From positions 72,664,001 through 72,728,000 of the forward strand of contig NC_043008.1 in assembly GCF_006345805.1 (NCBI RefSeq): a stretch of 64,000 nt of DNA, given 5' to 3'. The stretch is from Octopus sinensis (taxonomy: Eukaryota). The notes beneath the pieces are model-generated. The model searched no databases. It was not told the DNA's origin and was given only the letters and a program-made list of their open reading frames with translations. Positions 13,707 through 26,299 of the stretch are shown piece after piece; positions within the stretch are counted from its first letter, which is position 1; every line of letters begins with the position of its first letter. A program made the translations under genes and the position numbers.

Positions 13707-13960
13707 AATGGTGTTTATCATTATTATTGTGGTGAACTTGGCAAAATTGTTAGTTCATGGGACAAAATACTTAACATCTGTTCTTCTATGTTCTGATTTC
13801 AAATACTGCCAAAGTTAGCTTTGCTTTTCATCCTTTTAAGGGGTCAATAGAATGAAGTACCAGCCAAGTGCTGGAGTTGACATAACTGACAAACACCACC
13901 TCTGAAAATTACTGGTTTTGTGCCACAATTTGAAAACATTATTATGATTACTATCATCAT
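13310..13960 (+). mobile_element. SINE-B / SINE-C / SINE-B stack
   Basis: ttctgagttcaaattccgcc at 13312; SINE-C body and tail gttaaatgatgatgat at 13485-13710; B head at 13730. Confidence 0.7.
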
Positions 13961-14444
13961 CGCCATTATCATAAACCTTAGATGGCAAATTCTGTAGTAG
14001 TAGTAGTAGTAGTAGTAGTAGCAGTAGTAAGCTAATTAGCTAAAGATTAGACTAGTAGGTCAACTGTTAAAGACTAAGTGCTGTAACGTTAAGATCGTTA
14101 GCAAATGTTGCACCATAAAACTGATGTTACCAAAGAAATGGAAAGTAACAACGTTTCTTCTTTAAAGTAACCAACTGGAAGCCATAAACAGTACCAAAGA
14201 CACACAGACACCTCTCTGTGTATTCAATTAATTTCATTAACTTCTACTCGAGGCTATGTGTAAGCCTTTTCATGGGATTTGATTTGCACTATTCCTTGCT
14301 GGTTTTAATTCTACAAAGAATTCCTGTCTTTGGATTTAATTACCGTTCTGAGAAAGTGAGGAATTTGGAAAAGATTGAGAGCAAGTGATTTAATGATGTC
14401 AGTTTAATCGATATATTCATACAAGTATGTAGGCATTTCTGTGT

Positions 14445-14482
14445 GTATGTGCATGTGTGCATATAAACACATACATGTGTGA

Positions 14483-14529
<47 letters not shown>

Positions 14530-14689
14530 TACACACATACACACACACACACATACAGATATAATATATACAAATGTGCAGTTATGCATATGCACTCATT
14601 CGTAAAATGTCTACATAGATAAAATTAAAAAGCATGCATAAATATACAAGTGTCTGTACTAAGTGTTGTTCCCCTGTGTGTGTAGTGAA

Positions 14690-14740
<51 letters not shown>

Positions 14741-15140
14741 ATGTATGTGTGTATTTATGTATACAGACGTGTGTGCGTGCGTGTGTGCATATTTATATAT
14801 ATATACATATATATACATACATATATATATACATGCATGTATATCTTTATATATGTATTTGTGTGTATATGCGTGTATGTATTTATATATATATATATTA
14901 TATACATGCATACATATATACATATAAATACATATACATAAGTAATGTAATAATGTATATGCAATCTTACACATATACAGTTACGCACACACACACATGC
15001 ACATATATACACACACATAATTGTGAACATATGTATATACCCTGTGCGTACTCACATTCACATACAAATTGCAGATGTGTGTGTGTGTGTGTGTATGCAT
15101 GTGTGCGTGTGTGTGTGCGCGCATGTGCGTGCATGTATGC
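14445..15140. repeat. Compound (TA)n/(CA)n/(TG)n low-complexity tract
   Basis: Dinucleotide runs; source of the YIYI/CVCV ORFs. Confidence 0.9.
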
Positions 15141-15774
15141 GTGTGCACAACAAGGGAATACTGTCTACTGCTATTGCCTGAGGAATTCAATATAGAGCAG
15201 AAAATTGGATTGAAATGGTGGCAAGAATGTTGTGCTTGTTACATAGAAAATTTTGCTTTGCAAGATTATTGGAATACTGAAGAACATAAGAGAAAGTGCT
15301 GCATTCCAATGGGATATGGTTTTAGAGAAGAATATTTAATCCTTCAGTTTCAGAAATGGTCTAGTGAGAAAGAAATGGTAGATATATGGAAGAATATTGG
15401 TGCTGCTTAGAATTGGATTGAGGTGAGCTGTAAAAGACATAGTTTCTTAAGGGATATTTATGGTAACATTGAATTTTTGAATGGAATGGTTGTTGAAGTA
15501 GCTGTTATATATTTTCTTTTAATTATTAGAACTATTACATCACTAAAGACTAGTTCTTTTGGATTTACTTCTTCCACACTTTTGGTAATAGCAGCTGTTA
15601 AATTCTTTTCCCTTCCAGACATTCCTTCAACAGTAGTTTTTGTCCCTTGAGGGGTGGTGTGTAAATATGGTATTTTATTTTAATTTTTTAATGTTATAAG
15701 TGAGAGGTGTCAACTGAATGAAGAGTTATGGAGAGAAGTATAGAGAGAAATATCAAGGAATTTTCTCTTTAATC

Positions 15775-16035
15775 TCTATCAATATCATTAACCCTTGATA
15801 CATTAACCTCTATTTCATTAACCTCTATCAGTTTCAGTGCTCTCAAAATCTCTAACAAACTTGCTATCTTGTATATCATTAACCTCATTAACATGAAGGG
15901 ATCTCATTAACCCCAAACAATCTCACTAACCTCCATCAATTTCATAAACCCTGATCAATCTCATTAATTACTATTAATTGCTTTAATCCCTATCAATCAC
16001 ATTAATCCTTATCAATCTGTGATTTCATTAACCTA
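15775..16035. repeat. Degenerate tandem array of a TCATTAACC motif
   Basis: About 11 variants (cattaac, cactaac, cataaac, cattaat) in 260 bp. Confidence 0.7.
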
Positions 16036-16149
16036 CACTAGGCTTATTGTTCCATGGACTCAAGATAAATTTAAATTTGAATTAGAATGGTAATCAATTT
16101 GATGATGATGATGTGGCATTATGATCTGTCTTGAACAAAATTTGGCTGA

Positions 16150-16700
16150 CTCCTATGGATGATGCCTGCATTTTTGGTTCACTCATTCTCCCAAAAGCCA
16201 ACCAAGAGTACCTGGAAGCCAAATAAGATGATCTGGTATGGAAGAGTGCCACCATTCGTTTGTGTGAGAAAATCACCAGCAATATCATTTCCAGTGACAC
16301 TAACAGGCTATAAGATTTTGCATGAAGTTCTTTTGCCTCTGCTTGGTGTCCAACTTGGCATTGGTAGCCTATCATGTCTCTGTCTTTTTCAGCCATGTAT
16401 TCATCCTCAAGGTTCTCATAGGACATATAATGTGGGCTGTAAACATAAGATGTAGGCTCTCTTTGTTCATGTTTGCATCACTGTCACCCAGGAGTCAATC
16501 AATCAGCTTGACTAGGAGAGGAATTGTTTCTCCAACAAGAGGATACCTGCATTTCTCCATAAACACATTCTCAACTGATAGTGAAGTACCTCACAACCAA
16601 ACTGAAATTTAATGATTGTTGATCTGCGTTTCAATATCTGACATCTGATAGTAAGAAAGGTGTTTAATGGGTATGCATCTGTCTTAGAATTTGTGATACT
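16150..16700 (-). pseudogene. Old RTE-type LINE RT C-terminal remnant
   Basis: YSWLAFGRMSEPK (RWLGHVxRM-like) and SWT-like motif remnants, heavily frameshifted. Confidence 0.45.
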
Positions 16701-16927
16701 GCACAATACAAAACTTTAATGGCTATAAGTCTGTATATGCATTTCTGAAACTGTACTCTATAGAAGTTAATGGCCTTAGGTGTGTCTCTATATTTCTGAT
16801 TCAGTATATATAGAACTTTAATGGCTATGGGTCTATCTCTGTTTCTGATACTGTACTATATATAAGTTTAATGACTATAAGCCAATCTTTCTATTTCTGA
16901 TACTGTACTATGCAGAAGTAATTATGG
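16664..16927. repeat. ~50-bp minisatellite, 5-6 units
   Basis: ttaatggctat...tttctgatactgtact...aagt repeated. Confidence 0.8.
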
Positions 16928-17701
16928 CATTTGATTCTCTCAACATTTATTCAATTTAATTTAGTTGCCAACAAAATCTAAACACAATCCTGAACTAATT
17001 ATATAAAAGATTCACACACAATATATATATTATATTAACATTGAGCGTTCAATTTATTATCTCCTGCCAGCTATAGTTTTCTAAACTGTACATGTAAATA
17101 TTACACAGAATAGATTCTTCAATAATTATAATCAATGTCACATAATTACGTGATTATTTTCTATTGACAAACATTAACCATAATTTTCCATTCACACAAG
17201 CTTTCATGTTTTGATAGGCTTCAGACAGCAAAGTTATTCAGGTGGGCAGTATATAAACAAGAGTAGTTTTACAATTTATATGCAAATTACTTCATGTTTA
17301 TCTTTAACTAAATTGCTGTCAATAACATAGCGACACATCTATTAACAAATATACAAAAATGAAGAAATAAATAAATGGCATAATTTCAATTGAATCTGCT
17401 GAAGATAATGTGTGCTTATATATACACATAGATACAGACACGCACATACACACACACACACACACGCACATCTCATCACAAGTTAATGTGACTTAAGGCC
17501 TGAGAGTTCTGTGCATTGGTACCAATTTACAAGACTCTTAGTTTTAAATCACACTGTAACTTCTGCTGATTAACATATATATAGCAATACCAAATGACAG
17601 CTCGTGAGCTGAAACTAGTTCAATTTAATTCAATTCATATATATGCGTGTGTGTGTGTGTGTGTGTGTACACATACAAACACACACATATATACATACAT
17701 G

Positions 17702-17742
<41 letters not shown>

Positions 17743-18099
17743 ATATATTATATACATATATATAGATAGATAGATAGATAGATATATGTATATTAATATA
17801 TGTGTGTGTATATCTATCTATCTATATTATATATATATATATATATTTAGATAGATAGATAAAACTTACTTGGAAAAGGATGCATGGCATTCGATCATAT
17901 AATAATATAAATAATATATAAAATTATGCATATATACATACGTATATGTACATACCTACATATATATATGTATATATGCATGCATATATGGGTACAGAAC
18001 ATAAAAAAACGTTTAACACAGTAAGAAATGAAAACATAAACACAAAAACATAGAAACGAACTTCTTTTCAAACAATGAAAAGAATAGAGAAAGGAGACA

Positions 18100-18385
18100 T
18101 ACAACATATAGAATATTCCCCTTCTTCAGTTGTCCCTGTTTCATCGACTTCACGTTTCGAAGGTAAGGACAGGATGTGACTTTGTTGAAACAGTCCTTCC
18201 TGCAAAGTAAATTAAATAAAATTTGGGATTTTTTGAGGAGGGTGAAAGTGGTAACAAGAACAGGACATGGAGCTTTTAGGTGTTTTTGCTCAATAAACAC
18301 TCAGAACGCCCGGTCTGGGAATCGAAACTGTCATCCTATGACCACAAGTCCACTGCCATAACCGCTGGGCCATTGCATCTCCACA
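18100..18385 (-). mobile_element. tRNA-derived SINE (family D)
   Basis: Minus strand: TGGCCCAGCGG A-box, GTTTCGATTCC B-box, body gagcaaaaacacctaaaagctcca. Confidence 0.7.
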
Positions 18386-18642
18386 TCATCATCATCATCA
18401 TCATCATCATTTAGCGTCCGCTTTCCATGCTAGCGTGGGTTGGACGGTTCAACTGGTGTCTGTGAAGCCAGAAGGCTGCATCAGGCCCAGTCTGATCTGG
18501 CAGGGTTTCTACGACTGGATGCCCTTCCTAACGCCAACCACTCCGTGAGTGTAGTGGGTGCTTTTTACGTGCTACCCGCACAGGTGCCAGATGGAGCTGG
18601 CAAACGGCCACGGACGGATGGTGCTTTTTACGTGCCACCACA
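18385..18642 (-). mobile_element. SINE-C ((GAT)n-tailed)
   Basis: catcatcat-ttagcgtccgctttccatgctagc...ggatgcccttcctaacgccaacc. Confidence 0.8.
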
Positions 18643-18882
18643 TATTTATATATATATGTATACATATGTACATATATATCCATATTACATATATACATAT
18701 ATATGTATATATATGTTTATATATGTAAATATCTATGCATATATATATATATTGTTGTTTTTTTATGCTATCTTATATTATATTCATAGTAAATTATGTT
18801 ATGTTATAATATAAATAAATTGTTAGATTGTCAATTGAATCTCTATTTAATATATTGCTTGTTATTTGTATGTATATATATG

Positions 18883-18937
<55 letters not shown>

Positions 18938-19084
18938 AATAGTGTACATTTAAACACAAGAGAAACTACCTTCAACAGGCAAGTTTACATGCTAGAAGAA
19001 GTAGTCAAAATGATCAAAACCACATTTAAGAGCAATTTTCAAAGGGAAGGAAAAATAAAAACTTTGACCTTGTTATTTTATTCC

Positions 19085-19154
19085 GGTCAAACCTAGGTTT
19101 CAAATTTTTTTAGCAAATAAAGTAATTTGCTCGGTGAAATTCTCATCAGTGACC
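19085..19154 (-). ncRNA. Type I hammerhead ribozyme, near-canonical
   Basis: GGUCA-CUGAUGA-GAAUUU(CACCG)AGCAAAU(UACUUU)AUUUGCU(AAAA)AAAUUU-GAA-A-CCUAGG-U-U-UGACC. Stems I-III all pair; predicted GUU cleavage 3' of position 19090. Confidence 0.8.
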
Positions 19155-19435
19155 ACGCTAAAACACTAATATATAATTAAGAGACAAATAACACATGTCT
19201 CCTCATTATACATTATAATTTTTCAATTCACCGCGCAAGCATAGTTTCAGTCGGCAGTAAATGAATGAATGCCGAACTATTCTTCTAATAATTGCTAAAA
19301 ACATATACATAAAATATAGGGTAGCGAGTTTTTTATTTTTTTATTTCACAACCAGTGGCCTAGCTTGTATAAAATGTGAATAGATAACATATTCTCAATA
19401 TAGAATAGTGTACATTTAAACTCCAGAAAATCTAC

Positions 19436-20676
19436 CACAAGATCTGATCAATAAATATCCAGACTGGTGCTATAAAAACAAAACTACAACACATAGCAAT
19501 TTGACATTTAATCTCCTTCAAAGAAGTCCCCTTCGGAAGCCACACACTTAATTGAGCATTGTTTCCATTAATGGAAGCATTCTTGGAACTTGTTTCCTGT
19601 GATAATCAGCAGCTGCCTTGTCACATTGACTGATTTCCTCGGCGTCCTGAAATCTTCTTCCTTTCAAGTGAGATTTGATTTTTGGAAAGAGGAAAATGTC
19701 ACAAGGGGCAAGATCTGGGGAAAATGGTGCCTGTTGAATCTGGGGAATGCTGTGCCTACCCAAAAACATGGGCAAGTGAGTTGTCATGGTGCAACTGCCA
19801 CCCACCAGAAGCATGCAATTGTGACCTTTTCTGATGAATAGCATCCTGCAAAATGTCATGGTAGTACTCCTTGTTTACTGTCTGAAAAGTCCCCTTGAAA
19901 TCAAAGAAAAGGGTCAGCAATGTCTTCACATTGCATCTACTCATTCATACATTTTTCGGTCTCAGAGAGGTTGGGGTCTTCCGCAGTTGAGACTGAGCCT
20001 TTGTTTCATGGTCATAGCCATAGACCCACAATTCATCATCTTTTCATCATTATTGACACAATCAAGGAGATCTTGTGCAACAGAAACCCAAGTGTCTTTT
20101 TGGTGAGCTGAAAGCAGTTTTGGCACAAACTTGGCAGACACACATCTCATACCCAAATCTTCAATGTTAATGGACTGAACTGTAAATAATATGCACATTC
20201 TCTGATAACTCATGGATGGGGAATCGACAATTTCTTCTCACAACTGCACACACATCTGAAATGTTTTTCTCAGTTCTGCTGGTCGCAGGTCTCCCAAAAC
20301 GTTTGTCACTATTGACATTTTGTTGGCCATCTCAGAAATATCTGAACCACTCCTATACTTGTGTGTGGCTCATGTACACCTCTCCATACACTTTCTGCAA
20401 CTTTGCATAGGCCTCTGACCAGGTATCACCAAGCTTTTGGCAAAATTTGATGCAGATTCTCTGCTCAACTTTCTCTATCATGGTCAGTGTGATGATCACA
20501 TGCTACATACATTCCTTCCAAGCATTGCTGTAAACAGTGGAAATGAGCTAGAATGGTAAAACTTAGGGTCTATGCAAAGTTTAAGTTCAATCTGTCCCAA
20601 GCAACTTTACTAATGCTTACAGCATTAGCTTCATTACTATGGCAACAGTCCAGATACTTATTGATCAGACCATGTA
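19436..20676 (-). mobile_element. Full-length decayed mariner transposon
   Basis: TIRs ...gatctgatcaataaatatccagactg / cagtccagatacttattgatcagacc; KFVPKLL and PFSPDLAPCDIFLFPKIK transposase motifs. Confidence 0.9.
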
Positions 20677-20694
20677 TATGTATGTATGTGTGTG

Positions 20695-20734
<40 letters not shown>

Positions 20735-20781
20735 TAATTATGTATATATATGTATGTATATATATATATGTATACATATAT

Positions 20782-20813
<32 letters not shown>

Positions 20814-21092
20814 GTATATATATGTATGTATATATATATATGTATGCATATATATATATGTATGAATATATATATACTTATTATATATTGTTTATTCATT
20901 TTTTGTACTTTTTTGTGATATAGTTATATGTTTTATAATATATTTTTTCTTTATGATTTAGTTTATGTCTATCAATGTTTGAATTACATAATAGTGGTTT
21001 TTCTCTAATTTATATATATTATATATCTATATTGTGAAATTTGATTTAATACTAAATTGTATTTTTCCCTGTAAGTTTGGAGTTATACTCCC

Positions 21093-21127
<35 letters not shown>

Positions 21128-21398
21128 ATTCTGTTTTTTATATGAATTTTCATCTGTCCTGCCCGCCAAATTTGGTTCTGGTGTTCGCTGAATTTTTCCT
21201 CTAGAGAACTTTCTTTGTAGTTTGATCGTTGATGATCTATTTCTAGCATACAGCGGACTACCTAGCAGTCTTGCCCTGCCAATATACACATATATTAGAA
21301 TTTTCTCTGATTTCTCAGATATTTTGTATGCTAGACTACTGGTTTTAAATTGATATTAAAATTAATATTAATTTATCTCCCTCATTATTTAAATATAT

Positions 21399-21445
<47 letters not shown>

Positions 21446-21471
21446 TATATATATATATATATATGTATATG

Positions 21472-21522
<51 letters not shown>

Positions 21523-21574
21523 TATATATATGTATATTATATATGTATATGCACACAAGATGCAGACAGTATTT

Positions 21575-21980
21575 ATGGTTTAAAAAAAGCTCGACCTTTA
21601 TTCTCTAGAAAAACAACGACGCTGTGGTGATCTCATTCTTGCTCACAACATAATAAGCGGAAAGTGTAACCTCTAAAAAGAGCTGTTCTTCACTCCTGCT
21701 CCAGAGTGTCGGCTGCGGGGTCACTCCGAAAAGTTCTATCTGTGACAATTTCATCTCAATCGAAGGAGAGGAGCTTTCTCCGTCCGGGTTGCGGATCTGT
21801 GGGATAAGCTGCCGGACGAGATAGTGAAGATGCCAACGACTGCTCGGTTCAAAGTCTCTCTTGACCAGAAATGGCCTGAACTCTTTGCATGAACACCACC
21901 CTGTACATAACTCCATGTCCCCCTACATGGCCTTGCTATTTGCTTTTTGTGCCAAAAAATTAACTTAACTTAACTTATAT
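21575..21980 (+). mobile_element. CR1-type LINE 3' end
   Basis: LDLYSLEKQRRCGDLI...LRGHSEK...FSVRVADLWDKLPDEIV...FKVSLD, (TAACT)n tail, CpGs retained. Confidence 0.85.
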
Positions 21981-22419
21981 AGTAGGCCAGTGAATTGAGA
22001 TCTGGAGAATTACGAGGCCAAATGTTGTGCATGACATATTAGAAGCATGTATATCAGTTATACAAATGTATGTATATATGTGTATGTGTTAGAGCCTGTT
22101 GTATATGTATGTGTGTGCAAATGTGTTTGGGATGCATATGGATGATTGATGAACATGAATATATACATTCCTGTATTTATATGTGTACGTCTGAATGTGT
22201 CTTTGTCTGGAAGAGCTCAAATGCATGTGTGCATTTTAGATTGTGTGTGCACATGTGTGTGCATATATATATATACCCAATGGCCAGGAGTCATTTTAGA
22301 CTTCCTTTATCTCTTCATTTGGTTAACTGAGCCTGAAAAAGCTAGGTTTCTGCAAGAAGCCTATAAAACTTGAAATCTCATCAGGACAAATTAAACTGTT
22401 TCATGTAATAATAGCAATG

Positions 22420-22800
22420 ATAATTATCCTTTCTACTGTAAACACAAGGTCAGTAATTTTGGGGAGGAGATAAGTTGATAACATTGACCCTAGTGCATCA
22501 CTGGTACTTAATTCATCAAACCTGAGAGGATGAAAGTCAAAGTTGACCTCAGTGAAATTTGAACTCAGAACTTAAAGACAGATGAAATGCTGCTAAACAA
22601 TAATAATAATCCTTTCTACTATAGGCACAACACCTGGAAATTTGGGGGAGGAGTAAGTCAATTGTATTGACCCCAGAACTCAACTGGTACTCATTTCATT
22701 GACCTTGGAGGAATTTGAATTCAGAACATAAAGACAAGCGAAATGCTGTAAACATTTTGCCCAGCTTGCTAATGATCCTGCCAGCCCATTGCCTAAAGAA
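22420..22800 (-). mobile_element. Two tandem SINE-B copies
   Basis: cctttctact...gaatttgaactcagaac twice. Confidence 0.7.
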
Positions 22801-23149
22801 TAAGGATAATAACAACAACAATAATAATAATAATAATAATAATAATAAGAGTAATAATAATAATAATAATAACAACAGCACTCTGAGAGCACAAACCTCC
22901 ACCAAGACAACACCAATGTCCTCTCAACGATTAGCTGGAGATGCTTTTTAATATGAGAATATCTAAAATAAACTCGACTGCCTTCACGAACAAGAATACT
23001 AAAAATAAACCTGAATGCTCTCAAAAATTTAGTAAAAAAAAAACAGATTAATAATCCAGAATCCTTGTCTTGTACCTGATCGATTCCAGAGTTTGTCATG
23101 GAATTGAAGGTAGGTGTATGCACTATGTTTGTAATGCTGTGTGCGTGTT

Positions 23150-23395
23150 GCCTACAGTGGGAACAGGGATAGTTTTCTCTATGAAGGCCTTTTTTAGTCT
23201 ATTCACTGATATAGCATCTTTATGACCATTAAGGTCTATAGTGAAAAGTTTATCCATGTGTGAAAGAAAATGGAAAGGGCCTGCATACGGTGCTGTTTAT
23301 GGAGTTTTAACAACATCATTGCACACAAAAAACATGAGTCCAAGAAGTAAAGCTTCTTTCAGGGCAGAGCTAGGAATGCAATTATCAAGTAGGTA
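23150..23395 (-). pseudogene. Gypsy/Ty3 integrase C-terminal (GPY/F) remnant
   Basis: FFVCNDVVKTP*TAPYAGPFHFLSHMDKLFTIDLNGHKDAISVNRLKKAF. Confidence 0.75.
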
Positions 23396-23719
23396 AGAGG
23401 TTTTAAACAGGAACGATATATTCAAAATTGGTAAAAGTAGAATTTGTCAAGGATAAATTAAATTTATTATTGTTATTGAACATGTTATTTAATTTCTGAA
23501 CAGTTTTGCTGCCATTTGTTTATGTAGTTTAATTTCTTTATCCATCAGGTTTTACTAATATAGATACGTGAGTAAAATTAATAATAGTGAAATGAAAATA
23601 AAACTTTGGAAACAGCAATGCCTCCATAACTTACATGGAAACCATGAGCATGCTTTCAAGGGAGTTAATCAGAGAAAGACTTGAAAGTCAAGATAAGATT
23701 GTAATGCTTCATGTAAAGT

Positions 23720-23860
23720 AAATATAATAAATAATCTAGAATCCTTGTCCAATACCAGATTGATCCCAAAATCTAATCAGTTTGTGTTAGTCACGAGGCC
23801 AGTCATCTCTGAAAGTTTCATCCAAATCCATATCTTGTCCTTCAACAAACAAACACGACT
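23720..23860 (+). mobile_element. Non-autonomous Helentron/HINE-like repeat end
   Basis: aaacaatacctttgccttcactaaggcgaaggtaa terminal hairpin; related fragment at 22945-23097. Confidence 0.4.
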
Positions 23861-23924
23861 GAAAACAATACCTTTGCCTTCACTAAGGCGAAGGTAATAA
23901 CAATAAAGATAATCATCATCCTCA

Positions 23925-24210
23925 TTATCCTCATCATCATTTAGCATCAATTTTCCATGTTGGCATAGGTTAGATGGTTTGACTAAAACTAGTAAGCAGG
24001 AGAGCTGTACCAGGCCCCAGTCTGATTTTGGCTTGGTTTTTATGGCTGGATGCCCTTCCTAATGTCAACCACTCCAAAAGTGTAGTGATTGCCTTTTACA
24101 TATCACCAGCATAGGTTTCTTAAGTGTCACTGGCATGGGTACCTTTCATTTGTCACCAGCACAGGTGCCTGTTAAGTGTCACTGTCACAGGTGCCTTTTA
24201 AATGTCACTG
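23925..24210 (-). mobile_element. SINE-C
   Basis: Same body as 18385-18642. Confidence 0.75.
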
Positions 24211-24358
24211 GCAATAATAATAATAATAGTAATAACAATAATGACTTCAAATTTTGTCACAAGGCTAGCAAGTTCAGAAGAGCAGCTAAGTCAATTACAT
24301 TGACCCCAGTGCTCATGTAGGTATGTGTATGTGTATGGATGTATAATTGTATATATGC

Positions 24359-24393
<35 letters not shown>

Positions 24394-24439
24394 TGTATGT
24401 ATGTATGTATGCATGCATGCATGCATATTTATATTTATG

Positions 24440-24845
24440 GAAAGGAGTGGCTGTGAGGTAAGTAGCTTGCTTACCAACCACATGGTTCTAGGTTCAGTCC
24501 CACTGCATGGCACTTTGGGCAAGTGTCTTCTACTATAGGCGACCAAAGCCTTATGAGTAGATTTGGTAGATGGAAACTGGAAGAAGCCCATCATATATAT
24601 ATGTGTGTGTGAGTGCGTGTGCACGTGCATGTGTGTGTATCTGTTTGTCCTCCCAACATCGCTTGACAACCGATGCTGGTGTGTTTACATCCCTGTAACT
24701 TAGCAGTTCAGCAAAAGAGACTGATAGAATAAGTACTAGGCTTACAAAGAATAAGTCCTGGGGTTGATTTGCTCGACTAAAGGCGGTGCTCCAGCATGGC
24801 CACAGTCAAATAACTGAAACAAGTAAAAAGAGTAAAAAGAGTAAA
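24440..24845 (+). mobile_element. tRNA-derived SINE family A
   Basis: ggctgtgaggtaagtagc...ggttcagtccc...gggcaagtgtcttctactatag...actgaaacaagtaaaaag tail. Confidence 0.85.
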
Positions 24846-25162
24846 ATAGTATCTAAATTGCATCCTTCAGGTAAGGAGATGATAAAAGAGAATTTATCGG
24901 ATGCATATGTGTACATGTATTCCAACATATTTATACATGCGAGCATACATGCATGTGTGCTTTGTTTTAACAAAATACTACTTTATTTGAATATCATTTT
25001 GTTAGGTGTATATTGATAGCAAAGTATTGCCAACTGTATTCTGTCATTCCTTAAGAAAATCTAAGTTGAAAAAAGATAATCTAGGCATACATATTTATTT
25101 ATAAAATTCACTCTGTGTTAGCGTTTATGTCTATGTGAGTGAGTGTTTGTGTGTGCATGTGT

Positions 25163-25239
<77 letters not shown>

Positions 25240-25793
25240 CACCCACCCATGCATACTTATCTATATAGAAAATATTCAGTACTTTGTGGATTTTACCGAC
25301 AAAATTCATTCTCATTTGCTAATCTGTTAACAAATAGTTTGCAACATGTTTTAAATTTCCCAGATTCAATAAGATGTTGTTATCCTCTCTTCAGATCTCT
25401 TTCTCTCTTTCCCGCTCTCTCTCTCGATTTCTCTCTCTCTCTCCTTCTCAAGAGAGATCGCAAATTGTTTCTTGGGATTTCTGTTGTGTTCTTTTGTAGA
25501 TCTATTTTGTTCTTTCTGTACGTTTTCTCTGGCTGAAAACAGCAAATAATTTAACATAGAAAAGTACTTTAAATACTATGACAGTTGATTCATTCCTATT
25601 GAATACAGATAAAATGGAGAACTCACTTTGAATATCTGTTGTTTATGATGACAAGAAGAATGGTTTTACAAAGTAGGGAATAGAATGGAAACATCAGGAA
25701 AGCAGAAAATAAATGGTAAACAAAGAGAGAAATTTAATATAATAGGAGGTTGGTTTGGATTATGAAGAAACAGAACAAGAAACAGAAATGGAG

Positions 25794-25862
<69 letters not shown>

Positions 25863-26299
25863 TTAGTGATAACTAACACATTCAACTATTGTTGTAGGTT
25901 GTAAATTTACGAGTAATACCTTCATAGGAGAAGAATGTTCCATTTTAGAGCAAATCCCGAATGGTATTAGCTAGGATAAAGAGGGATTAAGCAATCATTT
26001 AATAGCTCAACTCTAAAAGTATTTGCTGGAAATATTGGGTGTCCTTATTGTGCTCAATGGGTTCATGTTTGAAACAAAATGACATAAGCTGTATTAAGGC
26101 TGAGGACCAAGATTAAGGTCTCACCATTGATTCTTAATGGTCATTGTTGTTAGACAGAAGCAAAAATTCTTGAAACAACTTGAAATAGTGATTTCTTATG
26201 TACAATGCCATGGCCTTTTGTGTGTGTGTGTGTGTGTGGTGGGGAGGTTATAGTGGGAAAGATCAACCTTTGGCTGGATTTGAACTCATGATACAAATC

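Larger units (their letters stand above)
18938..21380 (-). mobile_element. Penelope-like element remnant (GIY-YIG fragment, AT-rich 3' region, HHR-bearing terminal unit), interrupted by a mariner
   Basis: SSLAYKIS...VYIGRA at ~21270-21345 and EEKFSEH at ~21180-21200; HHR on the same strand at 19085-19154; 33-bp direct repeats at 18938 and 19404. Confidence 0.65.

Noticed and set aside
15165-15660. Protein-like ORFs on both strands
   Set aside because: Stops, no recognisable motif and no splice support; possibly an ancient LINE linker
18100-18170. CGAAACG and CTGAAGA in the SINE-D tail as a hammerhead
   Set aside because: No consistent stems in type I, II or III topology
21255-21290. CTAG with a GC-rich flank as a minus-strand Helitron end
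   Set aside because: No hairpin; lies within the GIY-YIG reading frame
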